Notes: a model not told the origin generated them from the letters alone. 64,000 nucleotides of DNA from an uncultured Bacteroidales bacterium (GCA_946616285.1 CAMOIT010000001.1:32530-96529); one strand, 5' to 3'. Positions 48,849-58,037 are shown, numbered from the stretch's first letter. Numbers and translations are program-made.

Positions 48849-50480
48849 TTATTCGGTAAGTATGCCGATAAGTTCCATCATGGCTTGTCGCAGCTGCGAC
48901 GGGCTTGCTACTGCGCCGTTTACGAGGAAGGAAAAGGTGATGTCCGGCAGGCCGTCATCGCCAAGGATGTAGCCCGAATAGCAGAGGACGCCGGTCATGG
49001 AGCCGCTTTTCATCCTTATTTTATCGGCATTTTTGACTTTTACCGCCCAGAGGGTGCCTTCCCCGGGCATGGGGATTGTTTCAAGGAAGTCTTTGAAGGC
49101 GGAGCTGCCTTTCATTGCGTCCAGGAAGTCCGCCATCCATTCGGGGGAGACCCGGTTCATGGCCGAAAGGCCGCTGCCGTCGTAGTGGGCGATCTTTTCT
49201 GTGTTCAGGCCAAGTGCCTTCAGGACAACGTCTTGCGCTACCAGACAAGAGTCGTAGACGGCCATTTCCGTTGCGGCTTCGCCCATTGCGCGGAGCATTG
49301 CTTCGGCATAGAAATTATCGCTCCGGAAGTTGGTGATTTTTGCAATTTCTTTGAGGGCGGGGGACTGCGTGGTGCCTATGAGGGTGGGTTTTCCGGCTTT
49401 TTCGCGGGGGATGAAGTCGGCTTCTCGGATGTAGCCGTTGCGGTCTATGTCGGCGTATTGTCCGCTTACTTCCCAGCCGGTTGTTTTCAGATTGCGCCAG
49501 AAATAGTAGGCGCAGGTCAGGGCGCCGTATTTGTTGGCGAAGTGCTCGGTTTTGGGCTTCCGGTCAGTGGCGAAGGAGCCTCTGAGCTCGGAGTAGGGGG
49601 CCAGGTCCGTGGTGAAAAGGTACAGGCTGTTGCCGGTGCCTGCAGGGCCGGTTATGCTCTGGTTGGCGAAGTGCATCCAGGGCGTCTCGGGGTAGGTCTG
49701 GTGCGCATTTACTGGTTGGCCTTCCTCGGCGGCGCTCACTTCCAGGTCGATGGCGTTCTGGTAGAAGCAAAGGGCGTTCGATCCGGTGCCGTAGTAGGTT
49801 CCCATGTCGTCGTACTGCCATGATGCGTGCTCCAGATGGCCCTCCCAGGCGCTTCCGTCGCCGATTATCCGGCCGTTTATCCTATCGATGCCGGCGCTTT
49901 TCAGCAGCTGCTTCCATTTCCAGAACAGGGCATCGGCCTTGTAAGCGATCGAATCCTTTGCGCCGATGGTCGGATCCCCGCCGCCGATGATGTAAACATC
50001 GCCCTCCAGCGTGCCCTCGCTGATGGTTCCGGTGTAGCCGATGCCCGTTTCGAAGCGGTAGTCCGGGTTGAAAGCATGCAGCGCTGTGCCGGTTGTGACC
50101 AGCTTGAGGTTTGACGCCGGCACCAACCTCTGCCCGCCGTTATGGCTCAAAATCACCTTACCGTCCCTGTCCCGTGCCACCACGCCCCATGCGCACCCCT
50201 CCAGCGGGCCCTTCTGCTGTGCTTTTTCAATCCAGGCTTTCGCCCGCAGGGTTTTGGTGGGCTGTGTTTCGGCCTGGGGTTTTGTCTGAGCCGTCGCCCG
50301 CTTCTGCTTTTCTGCCGGCTGCTGCTGTTCCTGAGCTTGCGCAGCCGCTGGCTGTGCTCCCGGCGCTTCAGTTGCCATCTTTGCCGCCGGCTGTTCAACT
50401 GGTTTTCCTTCCACTGCTGGCTGAGCTTCGGCCATCTGTACGGCAAAAAATATAGAAATAACAGTAAAAATACGTTTCAT
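48849..50480 (-). CDS. dacB: D-Ala-D-Ala carboxypeptidase/endopeptidase PBP4 (peptidase S13)
   Basis: PASNLK (SxxK), GGGDPT, SDNFYAE (SxN), DGSGLS..N, KSGSM. Confidence 0.93.
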   Translation of the reverse strand: MKRIFTVISIFFAVQMAEAQPAVEGKPVEQPAAKMATEAPGAQPAAAQAQEQQQPAEKQKRATAQTKPQAETQPTKTLRAKAWIEKAQQKGPLEGCAWGVVARDRDGKVILSHNGGQRLVPASNLKLVTTGTALHAFNPDYRFETGIGYTGTISEGTLEGDVYIIGGGDPTIGAKDSIAYKADALFWKWKQLLKSAGIDRINGRIIGDGSAWEGHLEHASWQYDDMGTYYGTGSNALCFYQNAIDLEVSAAEEGQPVNAHQTYPETPWMHFANQSITGPAGTGNSLYLFTTDLAPYSELRGSFATDRKPKTEHFANKYGALTCAYYFWRNLKTTGWEVSGQYADIDRNGYIREADFIPREKAGKPTLIGTTQSPALKEIAKITNFRSDNFYAEAMLRAMGEAATEMAVYDSCLVAQDVVLKALGLNTEKIAHYDGSGLSAMNRVSPEWMADFLDAMKGSSAFKDFLETIPMPGEGTLWAVKVKNADKIRMKSGSMTGVLCYSGYILGDDGLPDITFSFLVNGAVASPSQLRQAMMELIGILTE

Positions 50481-50529
50481 ACCTGCAAAAATACGCCTTT
50501 TTTCAGCATAAATAGTGCCATACACCCCT

Positions 50530-50660
50530 TATGTCTGCACCTTTTGCCCTGGCGCCAAATCGTAAGTGCCTGAGTATGAACTCAATGCTATATTCATGTC
50601 TGCTCCATTTGCGCAGACATGAAACCAGGAAGTTGCTGATAATTAGGCAATTGCGGTGTG
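50530..50660. repeat. Palindromic repeat family A (ATGTCTGC-N9-GCAGACAT plus arms), with a half copy at 50531
   Basis: Core at 50596-50620; other cores at 51178, 52866, 55670 and 56457. Confidence 0.85.
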
Positions 50661-50680
50661 AATATCTACCTCACGCGTGC

Positions 50681-50790
50681 TGCCTAAAGCACATTCATCG
50701 ACATTATTTCCACAATTTGTGCTTTATCTAGCTATGATGCTCTGCCTAAAGCACACTTTTTTGCATTATTTCAGCTTTCTGCGCTTTACC
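50681..50790. repeat. Repeat family D: two 62-bp units of TAAAGCACA-N24-TGYGCTTTA
   Basis: Motif pairs at 50685/50718 and 50747/50780. Confidence 0.8.
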
Positions 50791-50894
50791 CTACTTCGTG
50801 GAGGGGGGGTAAAGAACACCGACTTGGGTCTGGTGGCACATTTTGAGCTTTAGTGGCTGGCAAAGGGAAGGCTTCCCCCCAAAGGTCGCTTTTA

Positions 50895-51087
50895 AAATGG
50901 GCCGATGCTCCCTTGGGGGGAATCCCTCCCTTTGCCGCTACGAGAAGCATCTTGGCCGCGTTTGCATATAATCGCCATTATATGCGTTGTGGCTGCAGAC
51001 GCGGCAAGGTTTTCGGCGATTTTGGTCGTTTTTTCTGCCGCGTTTGCAAAAAAACTGGTACTGACGCATTCTGTTTGCAGACGCGGC
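50895..51087 (+). repeat. Repeat family B, copy 1
   Basis: GCCGCGTTTGCA and TGCAGACGCGGC at 50955, 50994, 51037 and 51076; spacers 27/31/27 nt. Confidence 0.9.
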
Positions 51088-51143
51088 CTCGTGCCCGTGC
51101 CGAAGAAGAACCGCAACAGAGTCAACGAAGCACACGCTTTGTG

Positions 51144-51228
51144 GTAAGTTCTTGATAATGAGTCCATTGCTGGATTCATGTCTGCGCAAATGGAGCAGAC
51201 ATGAATCTGGGAAGTCGCTGTACGTCAG
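51144..51228. repeat. Repeat family A copy
   Basis: 51175-51206 is the exact reverse complement of 50592-50623. Confidence 0.85.
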
Positions 51229-51243
51229 ATAGATAGCGTATAC

Positions 51244-51624
51244 CTACGCCAGGTCGCCGAGGTCGCTGTCGGTGGCGGAGGGGAACCATTCGGCCAGCTT
51301 GGCGCGGGCTTTGGCCTTGATTTCGGGAGTGATGGCAGTGGCGACGTAGGCGACGGCGGCGATGAGGGCGGCCCAGTCGTCGACCATGCCTCCGAAGGGT
51401 ATGAAATCGGGGATAAGGTCCAGAGGCAGAATCATATAGCCCAGGGCGCCGGCGATGACGGCTTTGTATTTGGCGGGGGTGAGGGGATCGACCAGGGTGT
51501 AATACAGGACCAGCGCGTAATATACCAGCTTCGCGCCAACTTTGACCGCTATGGCCGATAGCTTTTTCCAGAAATCGCCATCGTTGAAATGGCCTTTGTA
51601 CTTTTGTAACTCGTTGCTGTTCAT
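51244..51624 (-). CDS. YkvA/DUF1232 membrane protein
   Basis: ALGYMILPLDLIPDFIPFGGMVDD. Confidence 0.92.
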   Translation of the reverse strand: MNSNELQKYKGHFNDGDFWKKLSAIAVKVGAKLVYYALVLYYTLVDPLTPAKYKAVIAGALGYMILPLDLIPDFIPFGGMVDDWAALIAAVAYVATAITPEIKAKARAKLAEWFPSATDSDLGDLA

Positions 51625-52775
51625 TTCTTTGAGATTTTATCGACAATAAGTGCTATGGCGCCGTCGCCGGTGACGTTGCAGGCCGTGCCGAAGCTGTCCA
51701 TGGCAATGTATAGGGTGATCATCAGAGCCTGCTGTGTGGGGTCGAAGCTGAGGATGCCGGACAAGACGCCGAGTGCCGCCATGATGGCTCCGCCAGGGAC
51801 GCCGGGTGCCGCAACCATCGTCACGCCGAGCATTAGGATGAAGCCAAAAACTGTGCCGAAGTCGAAGGGCATGCCCAGCATAAACATCAATGCAATGGCG
51901 CAAGACGTGATTTTCAGGGTGCTGCCGGACAGGTGGATGGTGGCGCAAAGAGGCACGGTGAAGCCGGCGACGCCTTCGCTGACGCCGTTGGAAATGGTGC
52001 TTTTAAGCGTGACAGGTATCGTCGCGGCCGATGAAGACGTTCCAAGAGCGGTGAGATATGCCGGGAGCATTTTCGAAAGCAGTTTAAACGGGTTCCGGCC
52101 GGTGACAAGACCTGCGACGCAGTACTGCAGGACCAGCAGCACCAGTGTCATTGCGAAAATGATGGCAACTATTGCGATGAACGACCCAAGCACGGGTCCC
52201 ACTTTCCCCGCTGCCGCCATGTCCATAAACAGGCCGAAAATATAGAAAGGCAGGAGCGGAATTAGCACTTTTTCGATACTAAGAACGACAATCCGCTTAA
52301 GCTCGCCGAAGCCTTTCATCAGGGCATCGGCTTTGGAAAAAGCGATTCCAAGGCCCAGCATGAACGACAGCACCAGCGCCGTCATGACGTCCATCAGAGG
52401 CGGTATCGCGATGGTGAAATACGCGGGGAACTCCTTCCCGGCCTCCTCCAGGGCGGCTATCGACCCTTTGCTTACCATCGACGGGAAAAGTTCGACGCTA
52501 AACAGATAGGCGAAAAGTCCTGACAGAACGGTGAAGCCATACGCCAGCGCAACCGTAATGATTAGCATTTTTCCGGCCTTGCGCCCCACTTCGGCAATGG
52601 CAGGCGTCACGAGTCCCACGATAATCAGCGGAATGAAGAACCTCAGCAGCTGGTCGAAAACTCCGGTAAAAGTGTTGCCTGCCCGCACTACCCATCCCGG
52701 CACGAACTGCCCCACCGCCACGCCTACAACGATGGCAATGAGCACCTTGACAACAAGCGGTAATTTCTTTTTCAT
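51621..52775 (-). CDS. Dicarboxylate/amino acid:cation symporter (DAACS)
   Basis: GTSSSAATIP, PLCATIHLSG, APGVPGG, DSFGTACNVTGD. Confidence 0.93.
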   Translation of the reverse strand: MKKKLPLVVKVLIAIVVGVAVGQFVPGWVVRAGNTFTGVFDQLLRFFIPLIIVGLVTPAIAEVGRKAGKMLIITVALAYGFTVLSGLFAYLFSVELFPSMVSKGSIAALEEAGKEFPAYFTIAIPPLMDVMTALVLSFMLGLGIAFSKADALMKGFGELKRIVVLSIEKVLIPLLPFYIFGLFMDMAAAGKVGPVLGSFIAIVAIIFAMTLVLLVLQYCVAGLVTGRNPFKLLSKMLPAYLTALGTSSSAATIPVTLKSTISNGVSEGVAGFTVPLCATIHLSGSTLKITSCAIALMFMLGMPFDFGTVFGFILMLGVTMVAAPGVPGGAIMAALGVLSGILSFDPTQQALMITLYIAMDSFGTACNVTGDGAIALIVDKISKK

Positions 52776-52831
52776 AGGCTGTTACAAATATAGCAATTTT
52801 ATGCGATTCTTTATCGGTGTGGGTGCGGAAT

Positions 52832-52916
52832 GTATTTAGCTCTGTATCAGCTATTTCCTGGATTTATGTCTGCTCCGCCAGCGCAGACATGAATTTGGGA
52901 AGTTGCTGATTATCAT
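52832..52916. repeat. Repeat family A copy in the divergent DAACS/nhaC intergenic region
   Basis: atcagctatttcctggatttatgtctgc-N9-gcagacatgaatttgggaagttgctgat. Confidence 0.85.
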
Positions 52917-52924
52917 TATCTTTG
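52894..52924 (+). promoter_or_regulatory. Consensus Bacteroidetes promoter of the NhaC-family gene
   Basis: TTTG(52894)-N19-TATCTTTG(52917). Confidence 0.7.
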
Positions 52925-52929
52925 CAACC

Positions 52930-54213
52930 ATGAAAAAGATGAACGGATTGCTGGCGCTGAGTCCGCTGCTGGTTTTTATGGTAGTTTACGTGGCCGGGTC
53001 GATACTGGCCAGGGATTTCTATAAGGTGCCGGTGGCGGCGGCGTTCATTATAGCATCGGCCTACGCCATGCTCATCACGCGCAGCGTGGACAAGACAGAT
53101 GACAAGATTGCCATATTTTCTGCGGGAGCGGGCAATAAGAACGTCCTTCTGATGATATGGATTTTCGTGCTGGCTGGGGCGTTTGCGGCTACGGCCAAGG
53201 ACATCGGCGCAATTGATGCAACCGTTCACGCAACGCTGAACATCCTCCCCGGGAAGTTGTTGTACGCTGGCCTGTTCCTGGCATCGTGCTTCGTGTCGAT
53301 GGCCGTGGGAACCTCCGTGGGTACGATTGTGGCGCTGGTTCCGATTGCTTCCGGCATTGCGGCGGGGATAGGGTCCAGTGTGCCGCTCATCACTGGAATC
53401 ATAGTAGGCGGTGCATTCTTCGGCGACAATCTCTCGTTCATATCGGACACAACTGTTGCGGCGACCAAAACGCAGGGCTGTTCCATGCCGGACAAGTTCA
53501 AGGTGAATCTATGGATTGCCGCCCCAGCAGCGCTGATTATCACATTAGTGTACGTACTTATGGGTTTAAAGGTCGAAGCAACCCCGCAAGTCCCTGCCGG
53601 AGACTGGGTTCTGATGCTCCCGTACCTGATGGTTATAGTGCTGGCTATAATGGGGGTAAATGTTGTTACCGTGCTGGCGCTCGGCATCGGCGTTAATGGT
53701 ATAATCGGCTGGTGTACAGGCGCTTATGATTTCGTGGGATGGTTGTCGGCAATTGGTGCGGGCATAGGCGGAATGGGCGAGCTCATCATTGTGTCCCTGC
53801 TGGCCGGCGGTATGCTGGAGCTTATACGGTATAACGGCGGGCTGGATTTCATTATAGGCCGATTGACACGCCGAATCAGAGGTCCGCGCGGGGCCAGTGC
53901 GTCCATTGCGGCGCTGGTGTCCCTGGTGAACGTGTGCACCGCCAACAATACCATTGCGATCATTACGGTCGGACCGCTTGCCAAGGATATATCGGCACGG
54001 TTCAATCTGGATCCGCGCAAGACAGCATCCATTCTGGATACCTTTTCATGCCTGGTTCAGGGGGTGCTGCCATACGGCGCGCAGATGCTCATGGCCGCCG
54101 GCCTGTCCGGTGTTTCTGCTCTGTCTATTATCGGCAACCTGTACTACCCCTTCGCCCTGGGCCTCATGGCCGTCCTGTCCATCATCTTCCGCTTTCCCAG
54201 GCTCCGTACGTGA
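52930..54213 (+). CDS. NhaC family (Na+/H+ antiporter-like) transporter
   Basis: SMAVGTSVGT, GGAFFGDNLSFISDTT, DKFK.N, ANNTIAI, PYGAQ. Confidence 0.9.
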   Translation: MKKMNGLLALSPLLVFMVVYVAGSILARDFYKVPVAAAFIIASAYAMLITRSVDKTDDKIAIFSAGAGNKNVLLMIWIFVLAGAFAATAKDIGAIDATVHATLNILPGKLLYAGLFLASCFVSMAVGTSVGTIVALVPIASGIAAGIGSSVPLITGIIVGGAFFGDNLSFISDTTVAATKTQGCSMPDKFKVNLWIAAPAALIITLVYVLMGLKVEATPQVPAGDWVLMLPYLMVIVLAIMGVNVVTVLALGIGVNGIIGWCTGAYDFVGWLSAIGAGIGGMGELIIVSLLAGGMLELIRYNGGLDFIIGRLTRRIRGPRGASASIAALVSLVNVCTANNTIAIITVGPLAKDISARFNLDPRKTASILDTFSCLVQGVLPYGAQMLMAAGLSGVSALSIIGNLYYPFALGLMAVLSIIFRFPRLRT

Positions 54214-54222
54214 TGTCTCTGA

Positions 54223-55545
54223 TCAGCGCGCTTCGTCAACTGGTAGCCATTCAATATTTGGAAAGCCCTCCGACAAGGCGTCGAGTTCGTCTTTGTCATA
54301 CCAGACCACGTTCGTGTGGTGACGGGAGCGGAACGATTGGATGACTTTGTCTTCGGTCCCGGCATTGTTGTATACGGTCCAAACGGCGGTAGGAGGACAG
54401 GTGTAATCCACCAGGCCCGCCCTCAAGTACAGTTTCCCGCGAAACATCCCGGCCAGAAGGGCGCCGTCGTAGTACGGAAGAATCTTCCGGCCTTGTTTTG
54501 ATGCCGGAACGTTTTGGCGCCGGGTCGAAAAAGGCCATCCTCCATAGCGGTTCAGCAGGATACCGCCGTGGTCGCATAGCGCGGGCTCATCGGCATAGAC
54601 ATGCGTAATCCTGGGGTCGATACCGCCCAGCGCCAGCGCCTGCCCTCCGCCCTGGCTGTGTCCAGCCACCATGATATTCCGGCCATCCCATTGAGGGAGC
54701 GTTACAAGATAGTCTACAAGCCTTACCAGCCGAAGGTACATCAGGCGGAAATACCACGACTCGCGGTCCTTCAGGGGCTGGTCGGAATAATCTTTCAAAA
54801 GGCCATCGGCCAGTTCCTGGTAGTATTCTTCGGGCGCGCCGTCTTCCATGCCGTGAGCATTGATGTCGACGCCTATAGTGCCGCTCAAGGCCGTTCGGCA
54901 GGCCGTTTTCAACTGGCTCTGCGTTCGGTTTTCGGTAATTTCCGTGGCACCGTGCGTCTGGATGCGGATGGGAAGAGTGCGGACATCGGCCCCAAGGGGC
55001 ATACACACATAGGCATTGACAGGAAATCCTTCGTGCATCGACAACTGAACGTGCCAGCAAGTCACCTGGCCGATGTATTTTTCCGGCGCCTTGACGCTGT
55101 CAATCTTCACCGTCATGGCATTCTTCCGCATCCGGGATATTTCCTTTTTCCAGAATTGCTTCAAATTGCACGGAGCCTTGTAGCCGGGCCGAAAGGATTC
55201 AGGATTTACCAGCCAGCCGATGTCGATCTGCCGGTCGTCCCTGGTATTTACGATGACGGCCACCCATTTGGCGGAATCGCAGACTTCGGCATATATTTCC
55301 TTGTAATCGGCCGAACCCGGGCAGACGCTTCTTTTTTCGCGCGTCTTGCCTCCAACCCGGATTTCCATTTCCAGCGAATCCGGAGAATCGGGACAGCAAG
55401 CTAATACGCGGACAGTGTCTCCCTTCGAATAAAGCCCGTCCGGACGGTTGAGTTTAAGCCGTACATCCTGCCCATTGGCATGGAACAGGCTCAGGATGAA
55501 GAAAAGGAGCACCGCGGCGGCGCATTGCTTGCTTATCAGTTGCAT
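54223..55545 (-). CDS. Acetyl xylan esterase-like (AXE1/CE7) alpha/beta hydrolase
   Basis: GHSQGG nucleophile elbow, INAHG, GLVDYTCPP; TTTG-N20-TAATTTTG promoter at 55571-55602 (minus). Confidence 0.85.
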   Translation of the reverse strand: MQLISKQCAAAVLLFFILSLFHANGQDVRLKLNRPDGLYSKGDTVRVLACCPDSPDSLEMEIRVGGKTREKRSVCPGSADYKEIYAEVCDSAKWVAVIVNTRDDRQIDIGWLVNPESFRPGYKAPCNLKQFWKKEISRMRKNAMTVKIDSVKAPEKYIGQVTCWHVQLSMHEGFPVNAYVCMPLGADVRTLPIRIQTHGATEITENRTQSQLKTACRTALSGTIGVDINAHGMEDGAPEEYYQELADGLLKDYSDQPLKDRESWYFRLMYLRLVRLVDYLVTLPQWDGRNIMVAGHSQGGGQALALGGIDPRITHVYADEPALCDHGGILLNRYGGWPFSTRRQNVPASKQGRKILPYYDGALLAGMFRGKLYLRAGLVDYTCPPTAVWTVYNNAGTEDKVIQSFRSRHHTNVVWYDKDELDALSEGFPNIEWLPVDEAR

Positions 55546-55635
55546 GGTTATGTAGAAGTAATGCTAGCTACAAAATTAGTCCAAATCCCGGGCAAATACA
55601 AATTGGAGCGGTTTTTTGGGTGGGGCCTGCTTGGC

Positions 55636-55720
55636 GTATGTGGTTTATTATAAGGCGCTTCCCGGGTTTATGTCTGCGCTGATGGAGCAGACATGTTTTT
55701 GGTAAGTGTCTGATTATGAG
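55636..55720. repeat. Repeat family A copy
   Basis: Core atgtctgcgctgatggagcagacat at 55670-55694. Confidence 0.85.
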
Positions 55721-55792
55721 GCTGGTAAAAGTATGGCCATCCGCCGAAGGACGATTATGAGAGGGTCGATGTGCCCTTCGGGGGATGCCATA

Positions 55793-56321
55793 CTTTTGCT
55801 TCGCGCTAAATCTCTTTTGCCGCGTTTGCACGGAATCGCTATTATGTGGCTTACAAATGCAGACGCGGCAATGAAAACGGCCAATATTGCGAAAAACCGT
55901 GCCGCGTTTGCACTCAGATTGCACCAGGAGCGGAATTTTTGCAAACGCGGCGAAGTAATAGGGAGGGCTCCTAAGTCAGAGGTATTTCCTCGTTCCCATT
56001 GTTCTGGAAGTCAGGAAATATCTGGCCTGCAGCAAGGAAAAGAAGAGTTCTTCAACGACTTTAACAGGGACGAAGAAGACGTGTAGCCCCTAGCATTCAA
56101 CACTTTTCCAACCAGCTACGGTCATGTTCTTGTCCTGCTACTATTTACCACCGTGCCCGGTCTGCGTAGAAAGGGTCGCGGGTCTGCTTGCTAACGTCGC
56201 GGGTCCGTTAAAAACCTGCAGACCGGGGACGCCGGAATGCATATAATGGGGTTTTGTGTCGCGGGTCTGAGCCATTTTTACAGACCAGGGACGCGAGGGC
56301 TACGGACCTGGCACACGGCCT
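55793..56321 (+). repeat. ~530-bp direct repeat, copy 1 (family B + linker + family C)
   Basis: Aligns without gaps to 60149-60677 (offset 4356); the central ~400 bp appear identical. Confidence 0.95.
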
Positions 56322-56391
56322 TCCGTACGGCACGCAGATGCTCATGGCCGCACTGTCAATCATCTTCCGATTCCCTAGGCTACGTACTTGA
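56320..56391 (+). pseudogene. Remnant of the 3' end of an nhaC allele
   Basis: Translates LPYGTQMLMAALSIIFRFPRLRT*, matching the C-terminus of 52930-54213 with a 75-bp internal deletion. Confidence 0.9.
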
Positions 56392-56422
56392 GGGGCAGGC
56401 TATTTTTTCGGTTGGTTTTTTG

Positions 56423-56540
56423 ATAAAGTGCTGGTTGTCAGTGAATTCCTTGATTTATGTCTGTTCTGTTTGCGCAGACATGAATTCGATAATAGCCTCA
56501 TTAGCAGTCACTTCCCGGAAAGATGTCTGCGCCGATAGCG
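56423..56540. repeat. Repeat family A copy plus a half copy
   Basis: atgtctgttctgtttgcgcagacat at 56457-56481; atgtctgc at 56523. Confidence 0.75.
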
Positions 56541-56693
56541 GGATTATTTGCATTTAATTGTGATAATATAGGTTTAATCCCTATATTTAAAGTGTCGATT
56601 ACAGTGGCCCTCACGCCGCATTACAAAACAATTTGAGAGAATGGCTTAGAGAATAGTGTTGATCGAGAATTATACGAATAAGTTTCATTAGAA

Positions 56694-57581
56694 ATGAAGT
56701 ACGCCACAACAATAGAGGAACAGATTAAAATACTGAGAGACAGAGGTCTGATTATCTCGGATGAGGAGAAGGCTAGGGAAGTGCTGCTGGACATAGGCTA
56801 CTACCGCTTGGGCTCGTATTTGTTTCCGTATGAGTTGACCTATCCCTGTAAAAAGAATAGGACGCATAAGTTCAAAAGTAGTACTCGTTTTGAGGATGCT
56901 TTGGATTTGTACTATTTCGATTCGGATCTGAGGATGCTGCTACTGAGATATCTTACCCGTATTGAAATCAACCTAAGAACCCACATTATCTATTATGTGT
57001 CAAACATTTACGAAGATAATCCCTGTTGGTTTATAGATGATGAAGTGATGGATGTTAAATTTGTCGACTCATTCGATATTGATATTTACACCGAGCAGTT
57101 CAAAAAGCATCCTGTCATTGCCGACCATCACAAGAAGTATCCCGAAGACAAGTACGCCCCGGCCTGGAAGACGATTGAGCATATGACCTTTGGCGCAGTT
57201 TATCAATTATTCTTTAGCATAAAAGACAAAAATGTTCAGTCTGCCATATCAAAACACTACGACGTTGACAAACTAACCATCTTCACAAGTTATTTTAACG
57301 CCATCCGTTATTTGAGAAATCAGTGTGCACATGGAGATGTTCTGTTCGACATGAAATTGGCCACCCCTTTGAAGTCCGGTCCTGCAGGACAGCTCAACTC
57401 ATTCACTAACAGCAACATAATTGGTGCAATCGAAGTTGTTAAATACTTTTTGAAACAGATATCGCGGCATCGGTATCAAGACTTTTGTAAACAACTCGAA
57501 GCCCTTCTGGATAGCGTTGAGAATGATGTGGTTGCCGAAGTCCTTAACGACATATCGGGTTTCGACATGAAGTTTTCATAA
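56694..57581 (+). CDS. Abi_2 (AbiD/AbiF-like) HEPN ribonuclease toxin
   Basis: TIEEQI..L..RGL, IGYYRL, YYFD..LR, IE..LR, PAW..IE..TFG and HEPN RNQCAH (RX4H); AT-rich. Confidence 0.9.
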   Translation: MKYATTIEEQIKILRDRGLIISDEEKAREVLLDIGYYRLGSYLFPYELTYPCKKNRTHKFKSSTRFEDALDLYYFDSDLRMLLLRYLTRIEINLRTHIIYYVSNIYEDNPCWFIDDEVMDVKFVDSFDIDIYTEQFKKHPVIADHHKKYPEDKYAPAWKTIEHMTFGAVYQLFFSIKDKNVQSAISKHYDVDKLTIFTSYFNAIRYLRNQCAHGDVLFDMKLATPLKSGPAGQLNSFTNSNIIGAIEVVKYFLKQISRHRYQDFCKQLEALLDSVENDVVAEVLNDISGFDMKFS

Positions 57582-57583
57582 TA

Positions 57584-57615
57584 TTTGTATGAAATCAAAA
57601 TAAATCCTATATTTG
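57584..57615 (+). promoter_or_regulatory. Consensus promoter immediately after the Abi stop codon
   Basis: TTTG(57584)-N20-TATATTTG(57608), with no ORF downstream. Confidence 0.8.
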
Positions 57616-57619
57616 CACC

Positions 57620-57702
57620 GAAGTGCGCATATTGTCTACCATCGCTGTATGTGGCACTATAAAAAAGGAAGTCGGCCTCCGGAGAGATTCGGAGGCTTTT
57701 TT
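57620..57702 (+). ncRNA. Candidate AbiF-associated antitoxin small RNA (~80 nt)
   Basis: Own promoter; hairpin AGUGC-GCAUA/UAUGU-G-GCACU (57622-57658); A-rich linker; terminator hairpin. Confidence 0.7.
57675..57702 (+). terminator. Rho-independent terminator
   Basis: gcctccgga-GAGA-ttcggaggc followed by T6. Confidence 0.9.
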
Positions 57703-57725
57703 CTATTATGATTCAAAGGGATTAT

Positions 57726-57954
57726 AAATGGGCCGATGCTCCTTTCGGGGGATGCCATACTTTTGCTTCGCGCTAAATCTCTTTTGCCGCGTTTGCAGGA
57801 AATCACCATTCTGTGGCCTGCAAATGCAGACGCGGCAACGAAAACGGCCAATATCGCGAAAAACCGTGCCGCGTTTGCAGCTACAGTGCGCTGGAAGGCC
57901 GTTTTTTTGCAGACGCGGCGAAGCAATAGGGAGGACTCCTAAGTCAGAGGTATT
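57726..57954 (+). repeat. Repeat family B, copy 3
   Basis: Motifs at 57786, 57825, 57868 and 57908; spacers 27/31/28 nt; shares head and tail with other copies. Confidence 0.9.
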
Positions 57955-58037
57955 CACATTGGCAGTTTGGTGAGGACCACCTGCCTCCCCAGGGCCGCTA
58001 AAATCCGGTAGAAAGTGGATACGGTGGGTACCGTACG
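57954..58037 (-). pseudogene. Remnant of the 3' end of an HTH antitoxin gene
   Basis: RTVPTVSTFYRILAALGRQVVLTKLPM* versus RTVPTVSTFYRIVAALGMQVVLTKLPPII* of 59414-59704. Confidence 0.9.
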
